DNA of 63,999 nucleotides, filler included, from Albugo candida (lineage: Eukaryota): assembly GCA_040437565.1 (NCBI GenBank). It is 44 parts of 44 records of this genome, joined end to end, with 100 filler letters (N's around TTAATTAATTAA, not from the genome) between each part and the next. Parts side by side here need not be neighbours in the genome. Positions count along the whole stretch, not along the records: positions 1 to 1,420 come from JBDOQK010000512.1; positions 1,521 to 2,931 come from JBDOQK010000513.1; positions 3,032 to 4,442 come from JBDOQK010000514.1; positions 4,543 to 5,952 come from JBDOQK010000515.1; positions 6,053 to 7,460 come from JBDOQK010000516.1; positions 7,561 to 8,964 come from JBDOQK010000517.1; positions 9,065 to 10,466 come from JBDOQK010000518.1; 37 more parts are not named here. One strand, given 5' to 3'. Position 1 is the first letter of the stretch. The number at the start of each line of letters is the position of its first letter. The notes under the pieces were generated by a model that was not told the origin of the DNA, did no database searches, and was given only the letters and a program-made list of their open reading frames with translations. A program made the position numbers and the translations under genes. Below, in pieces: positions 1 through 10,566 of the stretch.

Positions 1-318
1 TATATAAAAACGCAACAACAAAACTTTATTACTAACAGACCCCTTTTTCATAGTCTTATTGTCTTGCCTCTTGCCAATGGAGATCATTTGTACCTTGCAT
101 CATGAGACTCAATCTGCTTATATATCAAAGGAGAAAAGGTAATTTGAAAAAGGAAAACTCACACATAGTGCAACTATAACTAATCGGTTATTAATAGGCG
201 CGTTCTATATGTTGCAAACTTTGGAATTGAAAAGAACTTTTGACACAGGTAAGGTTTGATTATACTCAAGTAATTTTTTTTATCTAATTCAATGAGCTTA
301 TTACCAACTTTAGCACCC

Positions 319-537
319 AAACCGTTTACCAACAGCACTGTTGTTGTACCCATAATACTCGAATCAGCTAAAAATGAATACAAGTAAGCAGAGTTTGTTG
401 CCTTTGAGATTGCAAAAGCAATTGACTATTCGAAGGGCCTGTTGGAATACAAGGATGTCGCTGTGCTCATGCGCTCGAACAGCTCTTCGGAACAGTTTGA
501 GCGCATGTTCCACGTACACGGCATCCCTTTTATGATC
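319..537 (+). pseudogene. Decayed exon of a UvrD/Srs2-family SF1 helicase
   Basis: Frame 1 reads KPFTNSTVVVPIILESAKNEYK*AEFVAFEIAKAIDYSKGLLEYKDVAVLMRSNSSSEQFERMFHVHGIPFMI, matching the UvrD 'E-A-x-F-V...D-I-A-V-L-x-R-x-N...G-I-P' region. In-frame TAA at 385-387; GTAAGT donor at 538. Confidence 0.7.
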
Positions 538-1034
538 GTAAGTCTTGGCATGTAAAACGGTATTAACGATGGTGCTAATAAATTATATTATTATCTAGAA
601 GGTCTTGAATTTAGTACACTGGATCAAAACAATATTGGATTAGAATACTAAAATAAAGATCTTTTTTAAACTTTTTTTTTGTCGTTTATTTTTTATTTGA
701 GTTTGCATAAAACATTCAAATATCTGAAAGAACTGTTAGTGTTAGAAAAGAGGTTAGGAAATTCAATAAACGATTGTTATTAGACTGCATATAATCAACA
801 AGTTCACAATGTAAAAAATGTATAGAGTTTTTTCGTTTGCAACATAAAAAAGCATTTGTATATTTATTAATAGATATCTCGATCAAGTTTTTTATTTGTG
901 TCTAAGAACTCATTAACGTTATTTAATTGTACTACATTTATCGGTCAATTTAAATGCATACATGAAAGAGAAGGAAAAAAAATTGGATCATGATTGACTA
1001 CTTATATGATTTATTTTATCATAGCTTTTTTTTT

Positions 1035-1230
1035 ATAAGTTGTAAAGCAATTTTTTTAAGCTGTATGAGTTGTAGAGCGTTTTTTTTTAGTGTGTAGAGC
1101 ATTTTTTACGCTGTAAGAGTTGTAGAGCGTTTTTTTTAGTGTGTAGAGCATTTTTTACGCTGTAAGAGTTGTAGAGCGTTTTTGTTAGTGTGTAGAGCAT
1201 TTTTTTACGCTGTATCAGTTATAGAGCATT
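1035..1230. repeat. About 50-bp tandem repeat (about 3.5 copies) built from GTAGAGC half-units
   Basis: GCTGTAAGAGTTGTAGAGCG-Tn-AGTGTGTAGAGCATTTTTTAC units start near 1060, 1110 and 1159. Confidence 0.9.
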
Positions 1231-1420
1231 GGGTGAATTGTTTTTTATGCGCATTGATATTTTCACGTGCTTAAAAAATACTTATTTACCCATTTGTAAT
1301 TTTGTGTATTTTTATCGCGCCATATAAGGCAAGTTTACATTCTTTTTTGGAACAATAGGTAAAATTTGCCCCTGATTTTTACTTTAATTTTTTAAATTAG
1401 TAGGAGTAGTAATACTTTAC

Positions 1421-1520
1421 NNNNNNNNNNNNNNNNNNNNNNNNNNNNNNNNNNNNNNNNNNNNTTAATTAATTAANNNNNNNNNNNNNNNNNNNNNNNN
1501 NNNNNNNNNNNNNNNNNNNN
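1421..1520. other. Artificial contig linker (44 N + TTAATTAATTAA + 44 N); the same linker recurs 43 times, about every 1.4-1.5 kb
   Basis: Identical 100-bp block with stops in all six frames. Contig lengths fall monotonically (1420, 1411, 1411 ... about 1317). Confidence 0.99.
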
Positions 1521-3031
1521 ATTGCTGGTCTCAGTTACTCAGAGCTATCTATGGCTCACAACGAAGGCAGAAGGCACTATAAGCGGGTTGTCCGAGTGCA
1601 AGAACAAATGTTCCATTGATACAAGCTTTCCTCAACACGTGAATTATCTTGATGATTTTCAATCTTTGCAGCCACTATCTGTTGACGAAGTGGTCTCAAT
1701 GTATGGAGAGAAAGGAAAAGATTACTCAAAGCTTTGGCGGAAATCATCTGATGATGTCTCTATTGAAATGCTCGATCGGATAATCGAAATTGAGTGAAGA
1801 TCACAGCAACGAGGATATTGATCTACTGGAGTACCGTAACAGCTTTACGAAATTAATAATACAGGTATTCATACCCTTAGCATTTCACTGCAGCGTGGGA
1901 AGCGTTGTAAGAAAAACCCTTGCGTTCGTCTTCATTCACCACTCAAGTTGATAGATTTTGATGGCTCGACAAGGATTGAGGTTGCTTTATTCGATGCATT
2001 TACTGGGTGTTATACAGCACAAAGTCGATCGTTTAGAGGCTGAAAGAACAAGTGAATAAATATTGTATCATAATAATGCTACCCTTTGCAATGGAGAGAC
2101 TAACGCCGAAAAGGCTTCAGAGACCAAACAATTCTCATTGTCGGCACGATTTTATACAATCCCCCCGGCAATCGAACGCTCTGTACATTTCACCGTCTGC
2201 TACGATTTTAAGGGAATGGAATCTTGAAGCATATAGGGCTCCTTTGGCATTGATATTAGGAAATGAAGGTTGTTTTTCCGCAATCAAAATAACACGTAAA
2301 CAAATGTTCGTGTCGATCCACGTCACATGATTTCCCAAAATTCCAGTGACACAAAAACTCTCTGCCTTTTCGTCAATCAGCCATGCTCTGCTTTCGTTTG
2401 AGCTATGTAGAAGTGCCATCATTATCAGATCAACTTAAGCTATAGGAAGCTAAAGAACATACATTCAATTGATCTAAAGGGATGTTGAAAGACACCACTG
2501 GAAGAATCGACGGGTAACACTGCAGGGACGGAGTTGCAGTAACAGCACCATATCACCCATCTCGAATAATGAAGCTGTGTTGTTAGCCTTAGGTAAGGCT
2601 GCAGAACAGGTGCGCTGAGTGTTTTCTTTCTTTCAGCTATGCAATAATTTGCTTTGATCACTTTTCTCAGTGTCTGGGACATAAAATCAAGCAAAGGTAT
2701 GTGAGAAGCGAAAGAGCGTGCGATGGGAAAATGATTATCCATAGTTACGGTAATTGACCGTTTGCATCAAGCTCTTAGACTTTCGTTTCCTTTATCGAGT
2801 GACCGATCGCGACAGCGCGCATCAATGCGACTATTTCATTCATGAGAAGTTTCTGGTTCCTATATATGATGAAAGAGATCCTTCAACCCATCCATCTGTC
2901 GTCGAATCTATAAACAACTATTGTTGATCCANNNNNNNNNNNNNNNNNNNNNNNNNNNNNNNNNNNNNNNNNNNNTTAATTAATTAANNNNNNNNNNNNN
3001 NNNNNNNNNNNNNNNNNNNNNNNNNNNNNNN

Positions 3032-4442
3032 TCATCTTTTCCAGCACACGTTGGTTGTATGAATTGACTTTCACGGATGCAAAGTACGCCCTGACCACCA
3101 CAATCCTTCTCAGCTTGGATCTTGATAGCGATGTGAAGAACACCGTTCACAGCACGTGCGATCGTACAATGCCGAATTCCTCGCGTAGAAGCTTCACGCC
3201 ATGAGCATGTCTGTTGATTCATGTACGCGAGCTCGGCTTCTTCCTCATCTTTGTCTCGACGTGTGCGCTGGAAACCGACTTGCACTGCATGGGCGACCTC
3301 ATACACTTTGCGTTGTGACGCATATGGGTCTTCGGATGGTAATGGAAAGATGGTAGACACTTGCACAGGCTCGACAGGGATCAAATCGTTGTCTGTATTT
3401 TCCTTCCGTGAAGAAGCATTTCCTTCCAAGAAGCCTTTGGCAGAGTGGGAAAAGATATCGGCTCCGTGTCGAAATACTTGACCGACTCTTTTCGTCAGAG
3501 AAATCGGACGGTGCGGGTGATTCGTGCGTGCTCTGTAATGTGTATGATTGGAGCTGGCACTATCGGCCGTGGAGACGTCATGATAGGCTCGGCTGGAAGC
3601 TGAAGACCAGGAATATCGGTCTGATAAAAGTATGGGTCGGTCAGATGCGACAAACGATAAACTATCACTTCGTAGTCGTCGGTTGTGTTCTTTATCACGT
3701 GGACCAGTGTACGTCCAGAGATTCGCATCCAGATTACCGAGCTGAATCCTATATTCTTTGACATCTTTTCTGTCGCGTAAAGCTTGACTAAACTCGAGTT
3801 CCTTGGTTTTGTACGCATACAGTCGATCAATATCGAGCTCATAAATGCTGCAAACAGGTTTATGAGATGAGGTGAGAATCAGCTGAATCCTATATTCTTT
3901 GACATCTTTTCTGTCGCGTAAAGCTTGACTAAACTCGAGTTCCTTGGTTTTGTACGCATACAGTCGATCAATATCGAGCTCATAAATGCTGCAAACAGGT
4001 TTATGAGATGAGGTGAGAATCAGCTGAATCCTATATTCTTTGACATCTTTTCTGTCGCGTAAAGCTTGACTAAACTCGAGTTCCTTGGTTTTGTACGCAT
4101 ACAGTCGATCAATATCGAGCTCATAAATGCTGCAAACAGGTTTATGAGATGAGGTGAGAATCAGCTGAATCCTATATTCTTTGACATCTTTTCTGTCGCG
4201 TAAAGCTTGACTAAACTCGAGTTCCTTGGTTTTGTACGCATACAGTCGATCAATATCGAGCTCATAAATGCTGCAAACAGGTTTATGAGATGAGGTGAGA
4301 ATCAGCTGAATCCTATATTCTTTGACATCTTTTCTGTCGCGTAAAGCTTGACTAAACTCGAGTTCCTTGGTTTTGTACGCATACAGTCGATCAATATCGA
4401 GCTCATAAATGCTGCAAACAGGTTTATGAGATGAGGTGAGAA
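3032..4442 (-). CDS. Partial hypothetical protein; frame is open across the whole contig and includes five 47-aa tandem repeats
   Basis: The frame of ORF 2980..3429 continues upstream without stops through ...IYELDIDRLYAYKTKELEFSQALRDRKDVKEYRIQLGNLDANLWTYTGPRD... and through the 141-bp repeats. It has no ATG/GTG/TTG there, so the ORF track truncates it. Confidence 0.6.
3740..4442. repeat. Perfect 141-bp tandem repeat, 5 copies (last truncated at contig end)
   Basis: Unit AGCTGAATCCTATATTC...GGTGAGAATC starts at 3740, 3881, 4022, 4163 and 4304; copies appear identical. Confidence 0.97.
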
Positions 4443-4543
4443 NNNNNNNNNNNNNNNNNNNNNNNNNNNNNNNNNNNNNNNNNNNNTTAATTAATTAANN
4501 NNNNNNNNNNNNNNNNNNNNNNNNNNNNNNNNNNNNNNNNNNA

Positions 4544-5872
4544 GTTAAGCATACTATTGAGGTCAAGCCGGGCACTAAGCCTATTCAATCTCGTCCGTAT
4601 AAATTGTCTTGGGAAGAGGAAAAGGCTCTACAAGAGGAAATTGAAAATTTGTTGAATTTAAATCTGATTCGCCCTAGTAATGGTTATTGGTCTAGTCCTT
4701 GTTTCTTCCTTAAAAAGAAGGATGGCTCTCTTAGAACTCTTATTGACTATAGAAAACTTAATTTGTGTACTGAAAAACAAACTGTGGTGTTGCCTGCTTT
4801 CGACTCTTTAATTGATACGTTGGGTTCAAATGCTAAGGTATTCTCTTCTGTTGACATGGCTAATGGTTATTATCAAATTGAAATGGATGAAGACTCGATT
4901 AAGTATTCAGGGTTCGTCACCAAGCACAATAATTATGAGTGGTTATGTATGTCTCAAGGTTTATCTACTGCACCAAGTACTTTCCAAAGGTTTATGAACA
5001 AGTTATTTGCTGAATATATTGGAAAGTTTATGTTTATTTTTATGGATGATGCCTTGATATTTAGTAAGAACGAAGAAGAACATCAAGAACATCTCAAGTT
5101 ATTTTTTGATAAGTTGAATGAATCTGGTTTACGATTGAAATTCAAGAAATGTACGTTTGGTTCTACATCTGTGGACTATTTGGGTCATATTATAAGTGCT
5201 AATGGGCTCTCTCCTAACATTGCTAATACTAAGAAGATTGAGGAACTGGTTGCTCCTTCATCGTGTGATCAAGTTCGTAGTGTTCTAGGTTTATTTGGTT
5301 ATTTTCGTCAATTTGTAGAAGGTTACGCTGAAATCACCAAGCCATTAAGTGATTTATTAAAGAAAAATGTGAGGTTCGTTTGGTCTGATGCTGCTGAAAG
5401 TGCCTTTGCTGATATTAAGAAGTTGTTAACCAGTGCTCCTATATTAGTCTTTCCTGATCAAGATCAAATCCAAGTACTTTATAGTGATGCTTCTTTCTCT
5501 GGGTTTTCTGCCGTTTTAGCTCAAACTAACCAAGTAAAAGGTGATGAAAAGATTATTTCATATAACTCAAGGACCTTGCTACCACCTGAAAAGAATTATT
5601 CAATTATTCACTTAGAAGCTGCTGCCTTGGTTTGGGCGATTAACAAGTATCAACGATATCTAAGAGGGAGAAAATTTATCATCAAGACTGATAATGTTGC
5701 TGTATCTTTTATTATGAAGCCAAGTTCAGAAGGTGCAAAATATCAAGCGAAAATTCAAAGGTGGCGTGCTTTACTTATGGAGTACGATTATGATGTTATT
5801 CATGTTCCTTCTAAGAACAACTTATCCGATGCTCTTTCTCGGTTATTGCCTCAAGGTTCTGTTGAAACCTAG
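4544..5872 (+). mobile_element. pol: Ty3/Gypsy LTR retrotransposon pol fragment: reverse transcriptase + RNase H (5' partial)
   Basis: VKHTIEV...PYKL, WSSPCFFLKKKDGSLRTLIDYRKLN, DMANGYYQI, QGLSTAPSTFQ, FMDD, YLGH; RNase H SDAS...LEAAAL...TDN...DALSRL; stop at 5870-5872. Confidence 0.95.
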
Positions 5873-6060
5873 TTATTTTCAAGCTGCTTTATTTTATTCA
5901 AGATTTTTTATTGTACAGTTGTTCTGCCAGTTGAATTGTTCAAGTTTTTTATNNNNNNNNNNNNNNNNNNNNNNNNNNNNNNNNNNNNNNNNNNNNTTAA
6001 TTAATTAANNNNNNNNNNNNNNNNNNNNNNNNNNNNNNNNNNNNNNNNNNNNTAAGTATA

Positions 6061-7460
6061 TAAAACTCATTTCAAAAAGTCAACGGGATTTTAAAGTCAG
6101 AAATGATTTTTATTGTTTTCAATGATATCATCCCTACTCATTATCTACCTCTCTTTGCTTTCACACATCTTATTTTTAACTTTCATATATTAAAATAAAT
6201 ACTATGTCCCACTCAAATAACAATAATAAAAGAAGACAGAGATCTGAATATGAATTAGGCCAGATTGCAGGCATCTTAAAATCGGGCATTACAATTCCTG
6301 CTAAAATCTCAAAAATTTTGGACATGCCACATGGCACTGTTCACGACGCTATTAAGCGATACAACACCAATGGTACCACTTTGTACAAAAATAAACGAAC
6401 TGGACGTCCTCCAGTAATGACTGAGCGAGCTGCCAGGTTTTTAAAGCGCAGCGTTAAGGAAGCACCCTTTAAGCCTTTGACAAACCATCTGTCAAACTTG
6501 CACTCAGCAGGCATTGCTGTTTGCCGTAACACAATGGTGAAGAAACTTGACGATATGGGTTACCACTCACGCATACCAGCACGCAAACCAGCTTTGAACG
6601 AGAACCAGATCAAAAAACGCTTGCTTTGGGCTGAAAACAAGAAGGATTGGACATATGAACAATGGAAGAATGTGATCTGGTCCGATGAGTCCAGATATAA
6701 AGTGCAAGGAAATGACCATGGACTACGTGTCATCAGGCTCGTCAACGAACGATTCAAACCTGAACATATAGTTCCTGTTAAGAAGTTCGGTGGCGGGTCA
6801 GTGATGGTTTGGAGCTGTTTTGTTGCTGGTAGACTTGGACCTCTTGTGTTCATGGACAAGTCGGTAAACCAGGAGGTTTACATTGACTGCTTGTCAACCC
6901 ATTTTGCTCCCTGGCTTGCAAAACTTAGATCAGACAATCCTGGGATAGACTATATATTCCAGGAAGACAATGCGACTCCCCACACAGGATCTTATACCAA
7001 GTGGTGGAAACAAAGAGCCGGAATTAACGGATTTGATTTCTGGCCTGCCAATAGTCCAGATCTCAATCCTATTGAACACGTCTGGGCTATCTTAGAAAGA
7101 GCTATAGAAAATCAAAGACACTTGATTAACAATGCAAAAGATCTGAAAAAGCATCTTCTTCAAGAATGGGATAAGATTGATATGGATGAAATCGATAACC
7201 TGGTCAGATCAATGCCCAAGAGATGTGAGGCTGTGCTAGAAGCAAAGGGTGGAAATACCCGCTACTAGCTTTAATTTTCTTCACTTTTTTCTTATTTTTT
7301 TTAATAAATAATAAAAAACACTGTTCAAAGAAGCTATGATGAAGTTTTTATTGTGTGTTTGTTAGTGTGAACTTTTTAGAAGGATGGGCTTTCTAAAGGT
7401 TGTCTTCAAAAAAATCATGTCTGACTTTAAAATCCCGTTGACTTTTTGAAATGAGTTTTA
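6061..7460 (+). mobile_element. Apparently full-length Tc1/mariner (Tc1-like) DNA transposon with about 51-bp terminal inverted repeats
   Basis: TAAAACTCATTTCAAAAAGTCAACGGGATTTTAAAGTCAGA(A/C)ATGATTTTT at 6061-6111 and its reverse complement at 7410-7460 (1 mismatch). TA dinucleotides at the left flank; single transposase inside. Confidence 0.95.
6204..7268 (+). CDS. Tc1-like DDE transposase, 354 aa, intact
   Basis: N-terminal HTH with GRPP linker, WSDES (D1), GGGSVMVWSCF, FQEDNA (D2), WPANSPDLNPIEHVW (E), SMPKRCEAVLEAKGGNTRY C-terminus. Confidence 0.96.
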   Translation: MSHSNNNNKRRQRSEYELGQIAGILKSGITIPAKISKILDMPHGTVHDAIKRYNTNGTTLYKNKRTGRPPVMTERAARFLKRSVKEAPFKPLTNHLSNLHSAGIAVCRNTMVKKLDDMGYHSRIPARKPALNENQIKKRLLWAENKKDWTYEQWKNVIWSDESRYKVQGNDHGLRVIRLVNERFKPEHIVPVKKFGGGSVMVWSCFVAGRLGPLVFMDKSVNQEVYIDCLSTHFAPWLAKLRSDNPGIDYIFQEDNATPHTGSYTKWWKQRAGINGFDFWPANSPDLNPIEHVWAILERAIENQRHLINNAKDLKKHLLQEWDKIDMDEIDNLVRSMPKRCEAVLEAKGGNTRY

Positions 7461-7560
7461 NNNNNNNNNNNNNNNNNNNNNNNNNNNNNNNNNNNNNNNN
7501 NNNNTTAATTAATTAANNNNNNNNNNNNNNNNNNNNNNNNNNNNNNNNNNNNNNNNNNNN

Positions 7561-8511
7561 ACCTTGGTGATCTAGTCGAAATATGAAGTCAGCTGTCAAT
7601 AAAGCATGATCTGTCCACTTAGAAGAAATAAAATCAATTGCAGACGAATGTAAATGCTGATACATAAAAGGTGAAGCGTACATATAATCAATGGTCGATT
7701 GGGTATTGCCACGTCAAAATGTTGGTAATTGGTAAGTTTTTCCTTCTCGAAAATGTGTGCATTCAACAAAATGATCATTGAGTAGATTATGCCAGGATCG
7801 TTGATGGGTGATTGAAGATTGTGATTGAGAAGCACGTCTAGCTGAGAACGAAGAAGATTCGTTAGTGTAATCAGTGTTATCTGTATCATATAAAGAAGAT
7901 TGGTAATTAAAGTCACCTAAAACTATCATAGGGTTAACCCCCGAGATAGTTGAATTCGCACTAAAAGAAAGGTGATCGATGGATTCGCCTTCAGTAAGAT
8001 GGGAATCATAATCATTGAGAGAGGAAGGACTGAATAAATGAAGGGCTTGGAGTTGACGGAAAAAATTAAAACGAGCGGCAGGTGTAGCAGGAGCATATAT
8101 ATTAACGAGAGTAATGGGAGGAAATAGAGCATTTGAATGAGTCACCCGACATACAATGACACGTTGATCTAATTCTATTGCGACAGATTGTAGGATTATT
8201 TGAGGATTAAGGGAGACAACACCACAATGGTATGTCCATATGCTTGAATGAGCTTGTAATTGGGTAGTAAGACGATCTTGCACTGATTCTGTAGCATGAG
8301 TTTCTTGAAAGCAGAAGAGATCGATGGAAGAGTAGGAACGGAGGTAACGAGTGAAATCAACACTGACATCAATGTTGGAAGGTTTGCTGAGGCTACGGCA
8401 GTTAAGAGAACCTATTTTAAGATGAGAACTATGTTGCGAAATTGAAGGAGAGTTAGTAGTAAAAGGTGGCATATTTTGGTCATAGGAGGAATTATTATTA
8501 TTTATACTCAT
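7561..8511 (-). mobile_element. LINE (L1-like) ORF2 5' part: APE endonuclease with a premature stop at 7714-7716
   Basis: IGSLNCRSL, CFQETH, NIYAP, VLGDFN, PTF. After the TGA the frame resumes RGNTQSTIDYMY...WTDHALL, the last APE motifs. Confidence 0.9.
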
Positions 8512-8964
8512 TAGGATGTGGGGGCTGAGGAACCGTCAGCTGGGTTATTATCATGGTTTGAAGGAGAGTCAGATTGGGAGTCTTGAGCGAAGTGGAATTG
8601 AGCAGCGACATCAGTCATGACATCATCTTGATCTTGGATATCGGAATTGGACTTGACGGGCTTGATAATTTTTAGCAAGGCAACATAATGGGTTTCAGAA
8701 AGTAATTTTTGTCTAAAGCAAAAATCACGAGCGATAGCAACTTGGCGTTTAGAATCATGAACACGTTGAATAATAAACTGAAGACGATCTTGGAAGATAC
8801 GAGTAGCTTCCTGTTTAAGGTCTTCGGAAGAGCATTGGGCGAATTTAGGATCATGAAGGTTGGCACTGTCAGTGGGGTTAAAAGCTACAGGATTAATTTT
8901 CATGTCGGCAAACTTGTTAAGAACGGTAGGAGCATAATCATTATGAACAAGGAAAGCGACAACA
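8511..8964 (-). CDS. LINE ORF1 C-terminal part (5' truncated by contig end)
   Basis: Lies directly upstream of the APE ORF; its TAA overlaps the ORF2 ATG (TAATG). Confidence 0.75.
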
Positions 8965-9064
8965 NNNNNNNNNNNNNNNNNNNNNNNNNNNNNNNNNNNN
9001 NNNNNNNNTTAATTAATTAANNNNNNNNNNNNNNNNNNNNNNNNNNNNNNNNNNNNNNNNNNNN

Positions 9065-9128
9065 TTGTTGTATATGGAGATATTTGCTTGCTTTTTTAGG
9101 GTTTTAACACATTTTTATTTTCATGGTG
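9065..9128 (-). mobile_element. Terminus of a CACC-ended (CMC/CACTA-like) element inserted in an intron
   Basis: ...GGTTTTAACACATTTTTATTTTCATGGTG is shared with 29741-29792 and is the reverse complement of 61485 onward; similarity stops exactly at GGTG. Confidence 0.75.
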
Positions 9129-9153
9129 CTAATCTTGTATACAATTTTTTTAG

Positions 9154-10068
9154 GTGCTCACAAGAGAGTGTTGAGAGCAAAAATTAATGCTGGTGAAAAT
9201 GCTGATAATTTGATCCAAAGAAACGCCTACTATGACTTTCTCAAAAAAACAAAGATGGTGAAGTTTGATCGTGAATTTAGAGGTGATTCTGCTGATGACT
9301 TTGTGTATCATCCAAGTGGTAATCGTGATTTTGGACAGTTTTGGAGACCTTTCTACAAAAGTTTTAATCTATCTTCTGTGCACTCTTCTTCAATGGTTGG
9401 TGAAGGACTAGTACAGGCTGGTATTCTCGTCATTGCTATTAAAGGGTACATTAAAAGATTCAAGAGCTTAAGTGGAAGATTAGAAGACATCCAAGTTGAC
9501 TTAAATCAAACAATTAGACCAGCAGCAAAACTATGGCAAGACTCTAAAATTTATTCTTCAACTGCTTTTACCAATCGTCTTTCTCAACAAAACAAACGTG
9601 GTGGTGAATACGTGTTGTTTCACTCGAATCATAAGGTGGGAAGAAGGTAACCTAACATGTTTTTTATTAGTATTTGACATATCTTTGACTCATTATTACG
9701 TCTTTACCTTTAGGTCAGTGGAGAATTGGTACGTCGGGAAGCTGTTGTTTTTTTTTGAAATGAAGTTGGTGAATGAAGTAGGCAGTTTTTACGCAGTGGT
9801 TCAAATGGCAAAGGAGCATGGTGTTGCAAAACACAGTCAATGTATCCCAACTGTTGTTTTGTTTGGTGAAAATGAGACAAAGAAAATAGTAGTAATAGAT
9901 GTTGCAGATTTGGTAAGTGTTGTGGGTCTTCTACAACATGTTGCTCATTCCACTTCTGGCAATCATGTTACATATACACCAAGCAAATCACTTTTTGTCA
10001 TCTCCCCTTCAACAGCATTTGACGAAGACAAGAGCAAAACTGCTGGTAAAATAAGCAAGCTTTGTTAG
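9154..10068 (+). CDS. 3' exons of a probable CACTA/EnSpm-type transposon protein (intron 9646-9713)
   Basis: Two overlapping ORFs join in frame via GTAAC...TTTAG. The C-terminal pattern 'YVLF...WYVGKLLFFF...VVIDVADLVSVVGLLQ' resembles C-termini of fungal EnSpm-like transposases. The catalytic part is not in the contig. Confidence 0.5.
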
Positions 10069-10566
10069 AAAAAAAAAAGATAAATAGAAAAACCCGATTT
10101 CCTTTTTTTTTACAATTATTTCAACAACATCAGCAACAACATACAAAGTCACTTTTTACAACTCCTACTCATATATTTTTCCCACCCACTTTTTTTTTGC
10201 TTTTCCCCCTCTTTCTTTTATCTTTATTATATACTTATTCTACTCCAATTTATTACAATAAAAATACTTTAGCTATTGTTAAATTTAACAACTTAATTGC
10301 CGAGATCTTGAAATGAAAGCACACTGATTTTCAACACATGTACAGATGGTAAAAAAAAAAATATGTAAAATAGACAATTTTTATTTAATAATTCAAACTT
10401 GTTTAGTTTTCAACGACTTTTTCTTTTGGTGGTAAATCAAAAAAGGTTGCATCATCTTCTTCTTCANNNNNNNNNNNNNNNNNNNNNNNNNNNNNNNNNN
10501 NNNNNNNNNNTTAATTAATTAANNNNNNNNNNNNNNNNNNNNNNNNNNNNNNNNNNNNNNNNNNNN

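Noticed and set aside
2440..2742. HFPIARSFA...SQTLRKV as a decayed Pif1/Helitron helicase motif
   Set aside because: The diagnostic T-I-x-K-S-Q-G is absent; the similarity is too weak to support.
3740..4442. 141-bp array as CRISPR
   Set aside because: Units are identical with no unique spacers, and there are no cas genes.
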